From Heteronotia binoei (lineage: Eukaryota): a stretch of 64,000 nucleotides of DNA. Both the position numbers and the translations under genes were made by a program. The notes beneath the pieces were generated by a model, which saw only the letters and a list, made by a program, of their open reading frames with translations, searched no databases and was not told the DNA's origin. Below, in pieces: positions 10,424-25,265 of the stretch. The DNA lies in assembly GCF_032191835.1 (NCBI RefSeq), contig NC_083239.1, positions 24,800,001-24,864,000 on the forward strand, read 5' to 3'. Position 1 is the stretch's first letter; the number at the start of each line of letters is the position of its first letter.

Positions 10424-12229
10424 GGCTACTTTGCCATTCTAGCCATGTTGAGGCAGAGGGAACAAAAGAGATGGTTATGTGGCTAAATAAACTGTACATG
10501 GCGCAAGAAGGAGAAACTTCAGAACAATATGACTAGCTCAGAATAACTCTGCTGACTAGAAGCTTGGTATGCTTCTAGCATTCAAACACAAAGTATATTT
10601 TAAAGGTATTTTTCAAGTGTTGCCTCAAGCTAGGCCTTTTGTTCTCCAGCCTTGCTTCCATTGCCTCAAGGAAAGCATGGACTAAAGTCACTGCTAAGAG
10701 AAAAAGTTTCTTCTGTACAATACTAACATGTAGGGTTAGAGGTTGACCATGCATAACATGCATTGCTTAGCTTGATCTGTGACTTTTTGCCATAAAAGTG
10801 CTATTCCCCAGCTGTACCAGAAACAGGTCAGCAGTGTTGGGAGAAGAAAGATACTTTTCCCATCTGAATGGTCCTTGTGAAAGCAATGGTTTACTTTTTT
10901 CCATTTCTGTACTAGTGGAAGTAAAGAGCTCCTCTTGGGGGCAGCACTAAGATACACAGCATCCCTTGACACTGTGGCCTGCATTATGTGCAGGGGATCA
11001 TGTTTCTGCCTTTCAGTGATCCTGATTCTAGTTACTTTCTTATGTACATTGGCTACCCCATTTTTGACTAGTTCCTGTGGGAGAAAGTATACTGGCTGGA
11101 ACAAAGTTTGCACCAGAAACTTGTAGTACCTTGTAATTATCCCCATATTGTAGTATCTCCATTGTGAAACTTTGCATGCAGGAGGATCTGGAGGGGAAAG
11201 GTTTAAAAGAATTCTCTAACTCAGGTACCTTTGGCAGTTGGCCCCACCCTCTCATTGGTTAGATGTTGAGCCTCTTTGGCTGTTAATTGCCTTCTTTTTT
11301 ATCTTATACAGGATCTCTCATGTCCATTCTCTTACATGGGCTTGGGGCTGTAGCAAGTTAGCCTTTTTGAAGTTAATATGTTCGCAAAAAATTAAATGTA
11401 CCTTTATGGATATGTCATGTAAGATGTGTTCCTATTTTTGTAACTAAAATTTTCTTTCTCGTATTACCATTGAAGTCAGATCATCTTTGTAATTTGTTTG
11501 AATAATATTTTCCCTTAACTGGGAAATGTGAAGGACTGGGGATACTGCACAAAGCTTCTGTGTTTACAAGTCAAATGATTTTTTTTAACATCTAACCCAG
11601 TAGGTTATGAGCCCAGAGGTTATCAGAAGCTAATGTTTTAAAATGATTTAAAGTTTTTGCATAGCGGATCCCCTTGTTCTTTTTGATTTAGAAATTCTCC
11701 ATTGTCTTTCTCCACATTGCTGTGATAAAGATGGCTGAATCAAGCTAATATTTGGAGACCTCAAAACTTACTGCGCAGGGTGTCATGGTGCCTTGGGCCA
11801 GTTCTGAAGGTAAAAGTCCCCTGTGCAAGCACCAGTTGTTTCTGACACTTGGGTGACGTCGCATCATGTTTTCACAACAGACTTTTTACAGGGTGGTTTG
11901 CCGTTGCCTTCCCAGTCATCTACACTTTACCCCCAGCAAACTGGGTACTCATTTTACCAAACTCAGAAGGACGGAAGGCTGAGTCAACCTTGAACTGGCT
12001 ACCTGAACCCAGCTTCTGCCAGGATCGAACTCTACAAGCAATTTTTCTTAGACACACAGAAACAGCACACAAGCTATAAACAGGTGATTTTAAAAATCAA
12101 AAGCATAATGGTCCTAATGCAGCATACAAGGAAAAGGGTTTTTTTTAACTAATTGACCTGAAAAGCCTTATTTATGATTATGCTGAATGAAAAGATAATA
12201 AGTGGCTAATTTATATTTATTTATATTGG

Positions 12230-15015
12230 GATTTAATTGGCAGTGGAGCATCTAGTCACAGCACACACTGCAAGGATTTCTTTGATGAACTTAATGAAAG
12301 TGAAAGAAATAAAAATTGCTAATGGTCAATGCATACAAATTCAAGGCATAGGTACTGGCACTTTATGTTGTAGTATGACTCACAAAAATTTCCTAATGAA
12401 TACGGAGATGTCCTGTGCATACTTGAAGCTCTAATTTATTGAGTGTGTCTATATTAGACAACAAATGCTTTGACATATGTTGTATATGCACAAGGTAACC
12501 TAAAGGGAAAAGTGTATGAATTGCGGCTTTGCAGGTGAAAAGGTACACCTGTCACACGAAAGGATAGACTTAAGAGAGCCCGGATCTGGCAAGGTACCTA
12601 GGACATAGTAAATCCAAAGGTAATCCTAGACTTTCAGAACAAGAACCTTGCCAAAGGCATTAACGTAGAGCCATGTGACATCAATAACATAAGCAAATGT
12701 ACATGTTGTACAAGAGCAAAAGGAGTTAGATCTTCATTTCCACTGAGAATCATAGTAGTTAGCCATTAGAATTAATTCATAGTGATGTCTTTGGACCAGT
12801 ACACATAGCATCAAATGGTGGAAATAGGTAACTTTCAATCTTTTTGGATGATTTCTCAAGGTACTCAGTTGCATATTTGATAAGGTAGTTCATAAATTCC
12901 TCAAGAGATACGTTGCTGTGGTTTGTGACAAGTTTGGAGGAAAGTCTCAAATGCTACAGCTGGATAATGGTGGTGAGTTTATATCACATCACACACAAAC
13001 CTTGGCAGAGGAAGGCACCTTGCACAGGAGGATGGTGAGTTTTACACCGGAGCAGAATGGCACCGCTGAAAAAAAATTGAGATCTTAACTGGAGATGAGC
13101 AAATGTATGTTCATGGATGTAGGCCTACCCAATAAATGGTGGGACAAAGCAATCCTGACTGCAAACTATCTCCAGAACAAACTGCCCCAAAGAAACTGCA
13201 CATACACCTTACCAAATATGGAATGGCAAGGTCTCATTAGAGTATTTGGCAGCAAGGGCTTCATGTTTGAACCCAGAGAAAATACTAGATTCCAGAACCA
13301 GAGAAAAAGTTTTTGTAGGATATGATTCTGGAATTAAGGATTATAGAGTGCTGGACCCAGAAACAGGTGAAGTCTATGTCAGACATGTGATTCACTTTGA
13401 CAAAAGCAGAGCCAGTAGAGAAGAAACTGCATCATGTGACTCAGAAAAGGCAGATGACCAGTACCAGCTCTTGAACCAGCATGCGATGATGAAACATCAG
13501 AACAAGATACTTAGGCAGATTCCAAAATAATTGTGTCACTCAGAGCCGTACAACACAGGAAGAAGCAAGTGGGAATGAGAAGACAGCTAGACTGATAGCA
13601 GATGAAAATCCAGGACCATACCTCCAATGTTCATCACAACTAAACAAAGCTGTACCAGTCTTGACTTATCTCACAAGGTTGGTGTTACTGTCTGAACCTT
13701 CAATCTGGAAGGAAGTAGAATAGATGCCAGCAATCAAAGCCAGTAGGTGGAAGAAGGCAGCACAAGAGGAAATTGATGCTCTACACAAAAATAAAATGTG
13801 GACTTTGACAAAGCTACCACCAGGAAAGAATCTTGTTGGGTGTAAGTGGGTGTTTCAGGTCAAACAGAAATGTGGAGCATCACAAAGCAAGATTAGTTGC
13901 TAAAGGCTTTTCACAAAAATGTGGTCAAGGCTAGGGATGGGCACAGACTAAATTATGAACTGAAATTCATCACAAACCAGGCCCAGTTTGTGGTTCACAA
14001 ACCTCAGTTCATGCCCTCCACCCCTACAGACTGTCCAGGTGCCTTTGGGAGACTCATGTGGTTCATGTCAGTAATTGTGCTGGTGCCTATGGCAGGACTT
14101 GGAGAAGGCATTTAAATAGACAGCAGTGGCCTGACTTGGCGAGTGAACTTGCCATTCAATGGTTTTTGCAAGTTGCACCACATCAGAAACTTCAAACCGA
14201 TTCATTACATGGAAAGGTTAGTAGGTTTGTGGTTCATGAGACCCCACAAACTTAAATTTTCCCAGTCTGTGCCCATCCCTAGTCAGGACTTTGGTTAAAC
14301 TTTTGCACCGCTGGAGAAACAGTACAATTGGATTAGTTTTGAGCATAGTAGCGTCCAAGAAAATGCAGGTCAAAGATCTAGATGTGAAGACAGCACTTCT
14401 TCATGGGGAGGTTCAGGAAGGTCTGTACATGGACCAGGCAGAAGGTTTTATAGACCCCCAAACCAAATTTAGTCTGCAAACTGCAGAAGGGGCTGTATGA
14501 ACTAGAACAGACAGCATGTGCCTGGAATAAAAAATTACACAGAATGTTCATAGCGTAAGGCTTCGATCAAGGAGAAGTGAATTCATGTCTGTAGACTAAG
14601 CACAAAATCATACTTTTATTCTTGTGTGTTGATTACTTGATTCTGGGTTATGACAGGCAAATTGACTATAACAGTGTGGTAAAGTGCTTAAGCAGAAAAT
14701 TAGAAATTAAGGCACCAGGAGATATTTCTTACTACCTGGGCACACAAATTGAAAGGGAGGAAGATTATTCATTGATCCTAAACCAGAGACAGAAAATAAT
14801 TGAACTCTTGCAGATCTTAGGTCTAGAAAATGCCAACACCTATGGGAAATTGGGGGCAAGAGGATGAGACTAGCAGTGAACATATGGCGGATGTGTGGTT
14901 TGAGCCAGGGGGCCTTTGAGTTCACAGTTCAGCTCTGGGTCGTCACATTGCATTGGCTGCTCTCTGTCTGTTCCAGGATGTAGTAAAATGCTTCTATTAA
15001 AAGCATTCCCTAACA
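12230..15015 (+). mobile_element. Decayed Ty1/Copia LTR retrotransposon (PR-IN-RT remnants, candidate 3' LTR)
   Basis: GSGASSH (protease), LELIHSDVFGP, DNGGEF, TPEQNGTAE (integrase), CKWVFQVK, KARLVAKGFSQK, DVKTALLHG (RT) in Copia order; many stops and frameshifts; PPT-like tract then TG at 14865 ... AACA at 15015. Confidence 0.85.
13932..14281. mobile_element. hAT MITE nested in the Copia RT
   Basis: Perfect TIRs TAGGGATGGGCACAGACT / AGTCTGTGCCCATCCCTA; 8-bp TSD GTCAAGGC / GTCAGGAC. Confidence 0.85.
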
Positions 15016-15016
15016 G

Positions 15017-15365
15017 CCCAGACTAGCCCAATCTCATCACATCTCAGAAGAAGGGTCAGCCAGGCCTTGGATTCAGCAGGAGCTCACAGGAGCACAGCTC
15101 CTGAACCTTTCTGAGGGTTCCCCCTCCTCCTTCCCACCTTGTCCATTGAATAGTAGGTGCAGCTGCATAACAATCCCTGGATGAGCTCCACCACCTATTT
15201 TTCTACAAAATGACCCCTGGGTCAGCCCTGTTTAATACTTGGATGGAATACCACCAAGGAAGACCAGGGATGCTGTGCTGAGGAAGGCAATGGCAAACCA
15301 CCTCTGTTTGCCTTGAAAACCCCTTGGTCCTGTAGCTACCATGAGTCAGTTGTGACTTGATAACA
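15017..15365 (+). mobile_element. 5S rRNA-headed SINE (5S-Sauria-like), here split by an insertion
   Basis: 5S-like GATCTCAGAAGCTAAGCAGGGTCAGCCCTGGTTAGTACTTGGATGGGAGACC plus Sauria tail GGCAATGGCAAACCACC; copies at about 24952, 27080, 29836, 35941, 36628, 43001 (+) and 48880-49060 (-). Confidence 0.75.
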
Positions 15366-16327
15366 TACAATTATTATAACTATGCTTGGTACATAGGCAG
15401 TGGACAAACTGCTCCCTCTTCCACAATACCATCATGTCACCTTTTTTCTATATTCAGAAGCCTAATATGCTTTAACCTTGCCTCACAAATACAGGCAATC
15501 TAATCCCATCAGAATTTGGTATGCCCTTTACTGCTGAAGCATTAGATATGGAATTTCATCAATACAACTAATTTGCAAAGAGAACTCAGCTACCACAGTG
15601 AACCCATTTCAGTTGCTTCTCTTACTTTAATAACATACATTCTGACTATATTGTTTATTTAATAGTGTAAGAGTCATGCAACAGTGACACATACCTTCTT
15701 GCAGGAAAAGAAATCCTATAAGAGCCCCATGGGATCCAGCAGCAGGCTCTTCCTCCTATCCAGCAGGCTTCACAGAACAGCAAGGAAAGAACTTCCCCTA
15801 ACAGCAGGGGCGTTCAATGGAATGCAAGCACAAAAATCAATATGCCATTCTATTTGTAGCTGCAGCTTGTTTTCAGAATTTTATTATGAGCCAAACCACA
15901 ACAAAAACAACAAAACTGAAGAGACTAGCCAATTCTTCTGTACTTACTCAGCATGCTAAATCTTTGTTTGTAATCTTCCAGCCTTCCTTTCAGTTCATTA
16001 TTTACACACAAATATTATGGACATTTCTCCATATTTTCACTGGGATTGGAGATGGAGAATTTCCTCAGAACCAGGTTTAGAAAAGCTACCATTTTTCAAA
16101 TCTTACTTTGGACTAAGAGACATCGAAGTGCATATCTCCCATTCTGTCTCTAAAGAAGTCTCCTTGTCTATTCATCTCAATCATAGCTATTTGTTATTGT
16201 TTCTACTCCAGAGACAAATGTGGTAAAATCCCCCGTCACAGTCTCGTAGTATGGTGTGGCAGAACATGCCTGCTTTGGCCTTCAGGCCCCATTTCTGCCC
16301 TGCCCTCCTGGGTTTTTCACAACTCCT

Positions 16328-17002
<675 letters not shown>

Positions 17003-20000
17003 TTTCACTCTTGGGTAGCTCACCACCACCACCTGACCCTAGTACAGAATTGTCCACTGGGAGGGTCAGGACCCCAGCTTCCCTTCCAAGTTCTGAGGCC
17101 TTGCCTTGGTGTATCCTGCTGCCAAGCACCTGGTCACCATGGGGACAGTTTACTGCCTTGCACAACCCTGGAAGAATGGCCATGCCAATTGCCTGCCTTC
17201 CCCCAGTGCTCCTTTTTAAATAGTGTATATGAGATGGTGGAAGTCTATGTTGTAAAAAGAACCACTACCAGTATCAAAAGTTATAAAGTATTTATTAACA
17301 AGAAAATGATTACAAACAAGGAATTCCAAAATAACAGTAAAACACAAATCCTCTGTCCCTTCTTTTATACATGCCCTATTAGATGTCAAAATAGGACAGG
17401 TCCCTTTTGCTTAGGATGTTATAAATCCCTATACAGTGATCATTACCTTGAAGCTTGCTCTAGCTCTTGAGGCAAGCATGTGGTCAATAGTTGCCAGTGG
17501 AGAGGTCTGTGTGTATTCATGGATACAGCACCTAAGCAAAAAGAGCTCCTTCTTACTGCAAGGACTTTTTATCATATCTTTTTCTCCACCCGCTGACCAG
17601 GTCACACCAAGTCAAAGAAGCGTTTCCTGGGCTTCTTCCTGGAAATTATTCCTGGATCTATTCTAGCCTGAAGTCTTCCATATCGCTATTCCTTGCTAGG
17701 AGAAGGGGAAGAAACTAACCCACCCATTTTCGCTTCTGCTAGATCTATTAGCATTTGTATGAAGGTGAGCTGAGGTAATCTGGGAAGCAATTGAACTGTC
17801 CCTCCTCCTGCTGCCTGTTCTCTGCCTGGAGACAAAAAAAAAGTGAAATAAAATCCACAGTGGAGGTTTGGCTCAGTTTGAAAAAGATGCATTTCTTCAA
17901 AAATGGTTTGTAATATGATGGTGAGACTTGGAAAAGGATTTAAAAACGTGATTGGGACCCGGGGGGAGATGTTCCAGTAGAACAGTTGGGTTAGGACAAT
18001 GCCTTCAGTACTTTGAGAGTCAGTTTGCTGTGGTGGTGAAATGTGTGGAGTCTTATCTGGAAGAACCAGGTTTGATTCCCCACTCCTCCACATACACCTG
18101 CTGATGACATCTTGGATCAGCCATAGGTTCTCTCAGGGCTATTCTGCTCAAGAGCAGTTCTGGAAGAGTTTTCTCATCCCCACCTCACAGGGTGTCTGTT
18201 GTGGGGAGGGGAAGGGAAAGTTTCCTTATCACTACCCTTCCAGGAAGCCCCAGCAAACAATGGGCACATCCACAAACCAATTGCCCTTTCATCACACCCC
18301 CTCCAGCCTAGAAATAGCAGCTCTCCAGCAGCCCTGGCCTCACTCAATGCACAGCAGCCAAGAAGGTCTGAGCGCCTGCTCCGGCTGCAACGCCACTGAG
18401 GATGTTCTCCGCAGCTGAGAACGAAACATCTGGAAGGAAAACTTTCTCCAGTAGAACACGGCACTTGATCCCGAAAGATTCTACAAACCCCAATTAGGAA
18501 TGTTTTTACTGAGTTTAAAAATCCTGAGAAATCTCGCGTTAAATGGGGATAGTCATATTTTCAGGGGGTAGCTATGTTGGTCTGCAGTAGAACAGTTAGA
18601 TTTGAGTCCAGTAGCCCCTTAGAGACCAACAAGAGTGTCAGGGTATAAGCTTTGACAGGTAGGAATGGAGATCTCTAAGTCTTTACAAGTACCACAGTCC
18701 AAGTTCTGTTCACACCCTGAGTTTGATCCTGGCAGAAGCTGGGTTTAGGTAGCTGGCTCAAGGTTGACTCAGCCTTCCATCCTTCTGAGGTTGGTAAAAT
18801 GAGTACTCAGCTTGCTGGGGGTAAAGTGTAGATGACTGGGGAAGGCAATGGCAAACCACCCCTTAAAAAGTCTGTGAAAATGTTGTGATGCGACATCACC
18901 CGAGTCAGAAACAACTGGTGCTTGCACAGGGGACTACCTTTATCTTCAGAACAGGCCCTAGGGTGCATAGCGCCCTAGGCAGACTCAGGGCCCACTGTCC
19001 CCCATCACAAAACATTGTGATGTGATGTCACCCCTTGCATCAGTAATGATTGGGTGCTTTACCTTTTGAAAGATGGGAGCGGCATTGTAAAGAAGGAATT
19101 TTTGATATTGTGATCAGCAGAGGGGGAAAGCTCTGGGGCAGAAAATTAGCATCTCTAGTCATGTTATAACTAGTAAACCACAGCTTGAATCACCTTGGCA
19201 GGGGCATTTTTGTATGCCACCATCCCCAACATGAACAGTACAAAGAAATGCATGCTCTGAAAGTGAGTCGCAAATCAATCGGTCATGTCCCATTTCATAG
19301 TTAAATGAAACCTGAGGCCAGTGTAATTAAATCAGCTGTACAAGCAGCGGTGCCTGCTTTCCCATAGGCATGGCAGTAAATGATTTCTGTTTCAGTGGGA
19401 TTTTACTACTGCCTGAAAGCATTCAATGGCCAGTTAAAATCTCTCTCTTCTCTACCCCCCATCCTACCCCATTAGTATTTGAAGGAGCTGGATTAGTTTA
19501 TCAATACATTCACCCTTTGCCAAAACATTTGATTGTATCTTGATATCATTACAGGAAAATCAGTATCAGAAATCTTCAGCTTTTAAAAAGAATTCATTAA
19601 CCCGTTAATAGTTATTTAACTATTAACTATTTAGCATCAGGATGAGGTGGAGATATCAGAGCAGGGAACCATGCAAACTTGCTGGATATCTACAAGGCCA
19701 CTACACCTCTTAGGCTCACTGTCCAGTCATGTGGTCTCCCCAACCACACAAACCTAACGGCACAATGGAAAAAGAAATATAGTACTGATTAGGTTTAGTG
19801 TTGCATGTGTTATAAATTGTCCTTTAACTGATTTATATTTTTTTCCAGTATTATGGAGGTTGGGAGAAGTGGTTGAATATTCTAAACTCTATTTTGAATT
19901 CTTGAAGTTTCTTTTATTCACTTCATTTCATATAGAGTGCCCTCTGCAGTTGTTCTAAGATTAATGGTTTCAAGGGTAACACTCACGCCAGTGAGTCATA

Positions 20001-21026
20001 ATTAACAAAGGGAAGTGGGGATGTAATTGAGTGAGAGAATCCAGAGTGATCCCAGTGGCAGAGCAGTTTGTTGATACTGAGGAACTTAATGAATCTGGGA
20101 TACAGCCCTTTAGGTAGACAGAGTGCAGGTATAGGCTTCACTGGTGGCGGGGGAAGGAATCATGGAAAAAACTGCGTGCCAGCAGACTATTACTATGTTT
20201 TAGAATTTCCTAAATACCAAAGAGCTTTCACCTTGGTCCGCTTTAATGGTTTACCTGAAAGGGAGATACACACTTACTCTCAACATGTTTGCCTCCATCA
20301 ACTGGACATGGCTGAAACAGCCAACCATGCGTCATTATATTTGGTCTCTATGGGTGGTTACAGACAGCTGGGCTCAGGGCATCATCAAGCTGTCCCAAAG
20401 AGAACTGGCCAGAAAAGGAGCAGACTGGAAGCCTCGAGACAGCCCATAGCCTGCCCCTGGAACAGGGACAGGCTGCGTGCACCCTGGAGGAGCTTCCAAA
20501 GTGCTTGTGCGCCTCTTGGGCACTCCCCATGACTTCCAGCCTGCCAGGAAGCACCTCAAAGCCACCTCTGAAATTAGGCACCACTTTGTAAGTGGTGTCT
20601 TCGATGCGACTCTGGGCGGGCTGTGGTCGGGACAGGCTTAAAATGTCCCATCTGTTATCACCCTAAATGTAACTCCAATCTTAACACATTTTCAGGAGAC
20701 CCATTGAATTCTACATTTCCGTCCCCCTCTCAGCTGGTTCTAATGAAACCACCTTAAAGGCGGCCAATTTTTGCTCCTCAGTATGTTCAACAAGATAGCA
20801 GCTGGTTTTATTAACTATTTCTGCATTTTGAAATCAGCCTATTATATGGGTCTGAAATGTTACTGTATGTAGATATGCTGATGACAGTGTGTGACAATCC
20901 TGGCTGATCTAGGATTGTAGTAAAGATTGATTGGAATCAAGGAAAACAGAATTCACTTCACAAATAAAAAATCCAGGAAGTCCCAGGAGGGAATTACAGA
21001 TCTGAAATGATACAAAGAAGAGGTGT

Positions 21027-21237
21027 ATGGAGGGACGGTGGCTTAGTGGTAGAGCATCTGCTTGGGCAGCAGAAGGTCCCAGGTTCAATCCCTGGCATCT
21101 CCAAAAAAGGGTCCAGGCAAATAGGTGTGAAAAACCTCAGCTTGAGACCCTGGAGAGCCGCTGCCAGTCTGAGAAGACAATACTGACTTTGATGGACCAA
21201 AGGTCTGATTCAGTATAAGGCAGCTTCATATGTTCAT
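21027..21237 (+). mobile_element. Squam3-like tRNA-derived SINE
   Basis: A box GGTGGCTTAGTGG, B box GGTTCAATCCC, tail GACAATACTGACTTTGATGGACC..CAGTATAAGGCAGCTTCATATGTTC; copies at 42446-42775, 42813-42975, 43170-43640 (-), 50723-50925 (+). Confidence 0.8.
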
Positions 21238-21839
21238 AAATAAGAGAGTAAAGGGAGCACTGCACTTAGCCACAGTCACAAAATCTGAATTTTCAACATT
21301 CAGTGGAATGCCACAGTTAGCTATTCTCTACTGATGCAGAACAGACTCAACAGTCTTTTCTCTCTCCTCCCTTTACTGAAATTTTGTGCATTAGAAAAAT
21401 GAAAGTAACCAAGATGTCTGCAGTAGCCTCACCCCCTGATCAAGCAGCCATTAATTCTGCAGGCCTTTATTTGCCACCCCCACCTTGTTTTTGGAGACAG
21501 AGAAGTAGGATACAGCAGAACCAATGGCTGACCCAGCTGAGTGCGATGCAGCCTTCCAAAAAGTTGAAATCTAGCACTGGGTGCCACAGCCTCACCTCTG
21601 CAGTGCTAATGAACTACTGAACTAAATTATAAAAGCTGCAAATAATTCCAAGAAACAACAATTGTGAGAAATCATTGCTGTTTAATATGTAAAAAGTACA
21701 AAAGGCATTTCCAGATAAATGAAATCAGTTTAAAAATAACATTTTAAAAGTAAAACCTTTAATTACAAATATGCAATACATTTAAAAATACTGTATGATC
21801 TTCAGAAGGTCGGTGTATTGTTCAGTTAGGCAATGTGCC

Positions 21840-22022
21840 CTACTGGTTTGCAGGTGAGAAAAACACATTGAAGAATACTGCAAACACCACAAAGACCAAG
21901 TAAGCAATGATGGAGGCCCAGAATCTTGGATCTTTAATAAAATTGTGATCAAAAGAGCTGAATATGACATAACCTATTGACATCCCAGCAAAGCCACCTG
22001 CAATGTGAGCCACAAAGGAAAC
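21840..22022 (-). CDS. RHBDL2: RHBDL2 last coding exon
   Basis: VSFVAHIAGGFAGMSIGY...DPRFW...FFSPANQ*; catalytic His in AHIAGG; TAG at 21840-21842. Confidence 0.96.
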   Translation of the reverse strand, partial: VSFVAHIAGGFAGMSIGYVIFSSFDHNFIKDPRFWASIIAYLVFVVFAVFFNVFFSPANQ

Positions 22023-22992
22023 CTTAAGAGGGAGAAAAAAAGAGAGGGAAATTCAGAAGAGTAGGACACATATCCCAAAGTTATTTACAAGCACTGTTGT
22101 TGCAGCAGTGTTAACGAACCTGCCTGCTAGAACACATGCATCAAAGACTTGAGGGCAGCTGGGCCTCTTCCTATCCAAAGGAGCTATGTTCTGGAATCCA
22201 CCAGTCATGAACATTTGTGCAGACAGAAGGAAGAGGAACTCCCAAGAAAGACTTCAAAGCCAAAAAGGAAAACAAATCTGAGCACAGAAAAGATCAGGAA
22301 GTCAAGCAAAGGTGTGTCCCCTCCAGCATCTCTTCTAATTCCCTTTCCCCCAAGTCAGCTGATGCCATCAATGGCCAGGATAAGGTCCAAACCCCTCTGC
22401 ATTATAATTTCTTCAGGGCTGCACCTTTAAATTCTGCTGTCTGCCTCACCTAAAATATGGCCATTTTGCACAAAGCAGGGACCCCTTGTTCTGTATACTC
22501 CCGTGGCAGTTAAAGAATCCAGAGATTTCCTGTCTACATTACAACCAATGGAGGAAACCAATGAGTAGGCAACGTTCTCCCTTTCTGCACTTTTACCATC
22601 TGTAACCAAAAAGCAGCTGTCCAAAAAATCCATTTGTACATTTCCACCCCCCCACACACACCTCTGCCCACAGCTTGTACACTGAGAAATTGCCCTTTGG
22701 TTCTCCTTGCAGATTTCACCTACCTGTCTGTTAGTTTTCAACACCAAACTGACCTTTCACTCTGACTTAAGGTGCCAAAAGGAAAAGCATGCTGTAGGAG
22801 AGAATGTTGCAGAGTGCATAGGAATAGTCTCGACCATGAAAAAAACATGCAATGCTTCAGTATCGTAGTGATGAAGATACTGTGCCAGTCTGGATGCAAG
22901 GAAAGCAGAACAGCCAATTATTTATCAGCACCAAGAGAAGAATGTTCTAAGAGAATAAAGCTGAAATTCTGTCATGGGAAGGCATTACTTAC

Positions 22993-23054
22993 TGAAGGTG
23001 CACCCGTAGGAGAAAAAAATCTTCTGTACAAAGCAAATCCTACATCCGTCCCAA
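22993..23054 (-). CDS. RHBDL2: RHBDL2 coding exon 6
   Basis: (V)GTDVGFALYRRFFSPTGAPS, 62 nt, AG/GT. Confidence 0.93.
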
Positions 23055-24571
23055 CTAGGAAATCAATACAAATAATTACCAGCCAATATTTCAATCCCCT
23101 AACATTTCAGAGCCCACCCTCTGGCTGCTTACCAGCTAAATGATGCTGAAACTCCAAGTGGGGCAGAAAGTTATTTAGAAATAATACAGGAAGCAAAAGA
23201 CACAAGCAAGCAGAGGAACACCCCTTAATGCTGGAACTAGAGTCTTAAATCTTGAAATGATACATGTCAAATAATCTGTGGAACTATGAGTTAAGCCAGG
23301 ACCAGTTTCTGGGATGGAAGGAAAAAATGCATTTTATCCAGCAGACTCTTTATTGTGAAAAACTGTGTCTTTTGAAAAAAAAAATGGACTCCGTGTTCTA
23401 TTGCATTGGGGGGAGGGGGGAGAACATGAAATGAGACTAAAGATACAAAATTTCCAGCCATGGGGGGGAAAACATTTTTCCCAGGAAAAACATTTTTTGG
23501 GTGAAAACTTAAATATATGCAATATTTTTTTTTTTTATCAAATCTAAGCCTATGAACAACATAAAATACATAATTTATACATTAGCTAGCATGTAAAACT
23601 GGATTAATACACATACTCATAAAATTTAAGAGTATTAATGCCTTAGAAAGCAATCATAGGCAAGTGAACTCAGAATCCTACTTAGGACAGTTCAATGGTC
23701 AATGGTGTTCTTGAGATGGCACTGTTAATTTTCTACATGCAAGGCTGCAAATACACCCAATATTAAAGCAAGAGAGTGCTAAAAACTGCTGCATCCAATG
23801 CTGTCATATCACATTTCAATCTTTTTTTTTAAAGGCAAGATTTTATAGTTTTTTCACGCTCCTCCAAATAACTCCATTGGAAAACTTGAAAAAGTAGTGC
23901 TCAGACTTCCTCATGTTATACATGTTAAAGCCTTGTTTTAATAAGCATTTCACTAACTTATTCTCACAGGGTTTTTTCCCCCCCAGTGGTGCCCCAAATT
24001 TTCCAATTTTCCCAAACAACCCAGTTTTTCCAAAGCAAAACCTGAATGCTATATTATTGGAGTAAAACTCTGGCTTAGAAGCCATTTCACTCATTGCAGA
24101 GGGACTTTTTTTCCAGTGCTTCCTCACCATTTTCCATTTTTTCCCCACTGGAAAAATTGATGGTGTTGTCCTCGAATATTTTCATGCTATACGTTTTAAG
24201 TAAATAAAGGCTTGTCTGAAAAGCATCTAACTCATTCCAAAAGAAAGAAAAAATATTTCACAAGAATTTTTCAGTGTTCCCCCACTTTTCCTATTGAATA
24301 TTTTTTCTTCATCTCCATGAGACATTTTCTCTCAACAACCAAACTAAAATGTCTTCTTATGGCTAATTATACAAAGGCAGAGAGACGACCTGTCAGTATG
24401 TTCTGAGAAAAGAGTACAGTGGAGGAACAGAGGCAAGCATTTCCTCCCAATTAAGTCAGTTGAGGGTACAAGATTAGCTATTTTGACACTTGAGACTTTT
24501 TCTGAATTGAAAAACCATTAGAAAAATGGCTCTTAGACAAACTATATATATAATGCAAGAAGGAAGCTTAC

Positions 24572-24632
24572 CTATTAGGAAGATTGTTAATAATCTGAAA
24601 ACTCCAAACAGTGGAATCATTTCGCGGAAATT
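24572..24632 (-). CDS. RHBDL2: RHBDL2 coding exon 5
   Basis: NFREMIPLFGVFRLLTIFLI, 61 nt, AG/GT. Confidence 0.93.
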
Positions 24633-25164
24633 CTGTAAGGATCAAAGGCAAACTTTCTCAGCACTGCTCCAGGTGTTACCCCATACCAACATGTATCTTA
24701 TGTAAGCAAGGGTAAAGACATTTTTATAATGTCACCTTGCAAACCAGTATGAGGGTTTGTGGGGGGAATGTCAACTTGAATACATTATTCTCACATAGTA
24801 AGGAGAGTCACCATAAGATTTTGAATCTAGGAATTGTTCTGCCATGTTTGTGATATTTTCCCCAACACTGCTACTTTGCAAATAAATCACAAGAGAAGAC
24901 CATCTCAAACCCCCTCCAAATTTCCTGGGAGCTAAATCCCTTTTAGAAGCCTGATTAGCTCAGGCTAGCCCAATCTTGTCAGAACTTGGCAACTAAGGAG
25001 GATTGGCCATAGTACTTGGATAGAACATGGGAGATCACTAGGGTTGCTATGCAGAGGAAGATAATGGTGAATCACCTGTGTTAATCTTTTGCTTTGAAGC
25101 CCCCTGGTCCTGGGGTCACCATGAGTCAGCTGCAAATTCATATCATTAAGTCCCTTTTCCTTAC

Positions 25165-25265
25165 CACTAGAACATTCATGAAGTATCCTCCAATAAGAGC
25201 ATAAACTCCTCCAGATGCTCCTACCAGGCCATGGTGTGGATCACAGACTGAGCTTGCCAAGGAAC
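25165..25265 (-). CDS. RHBDL2: RHBDL2 coding exon 4
   Basis: SLASSVCDPHHGLVGASGGVYALIGGYFMNVLV with catalytic GASGG, 101 nt. Confidence 0.96.

Noticed and set aside
19970-20665. 154-aa ORF (20068-20532) in a segment with weak AGGGT..AAC / GTT..ACCCT ends
   Set aside because: TTG start, no recognisable domain, no clear TSD; possibly an unclassified DNA transposon but unsupported.
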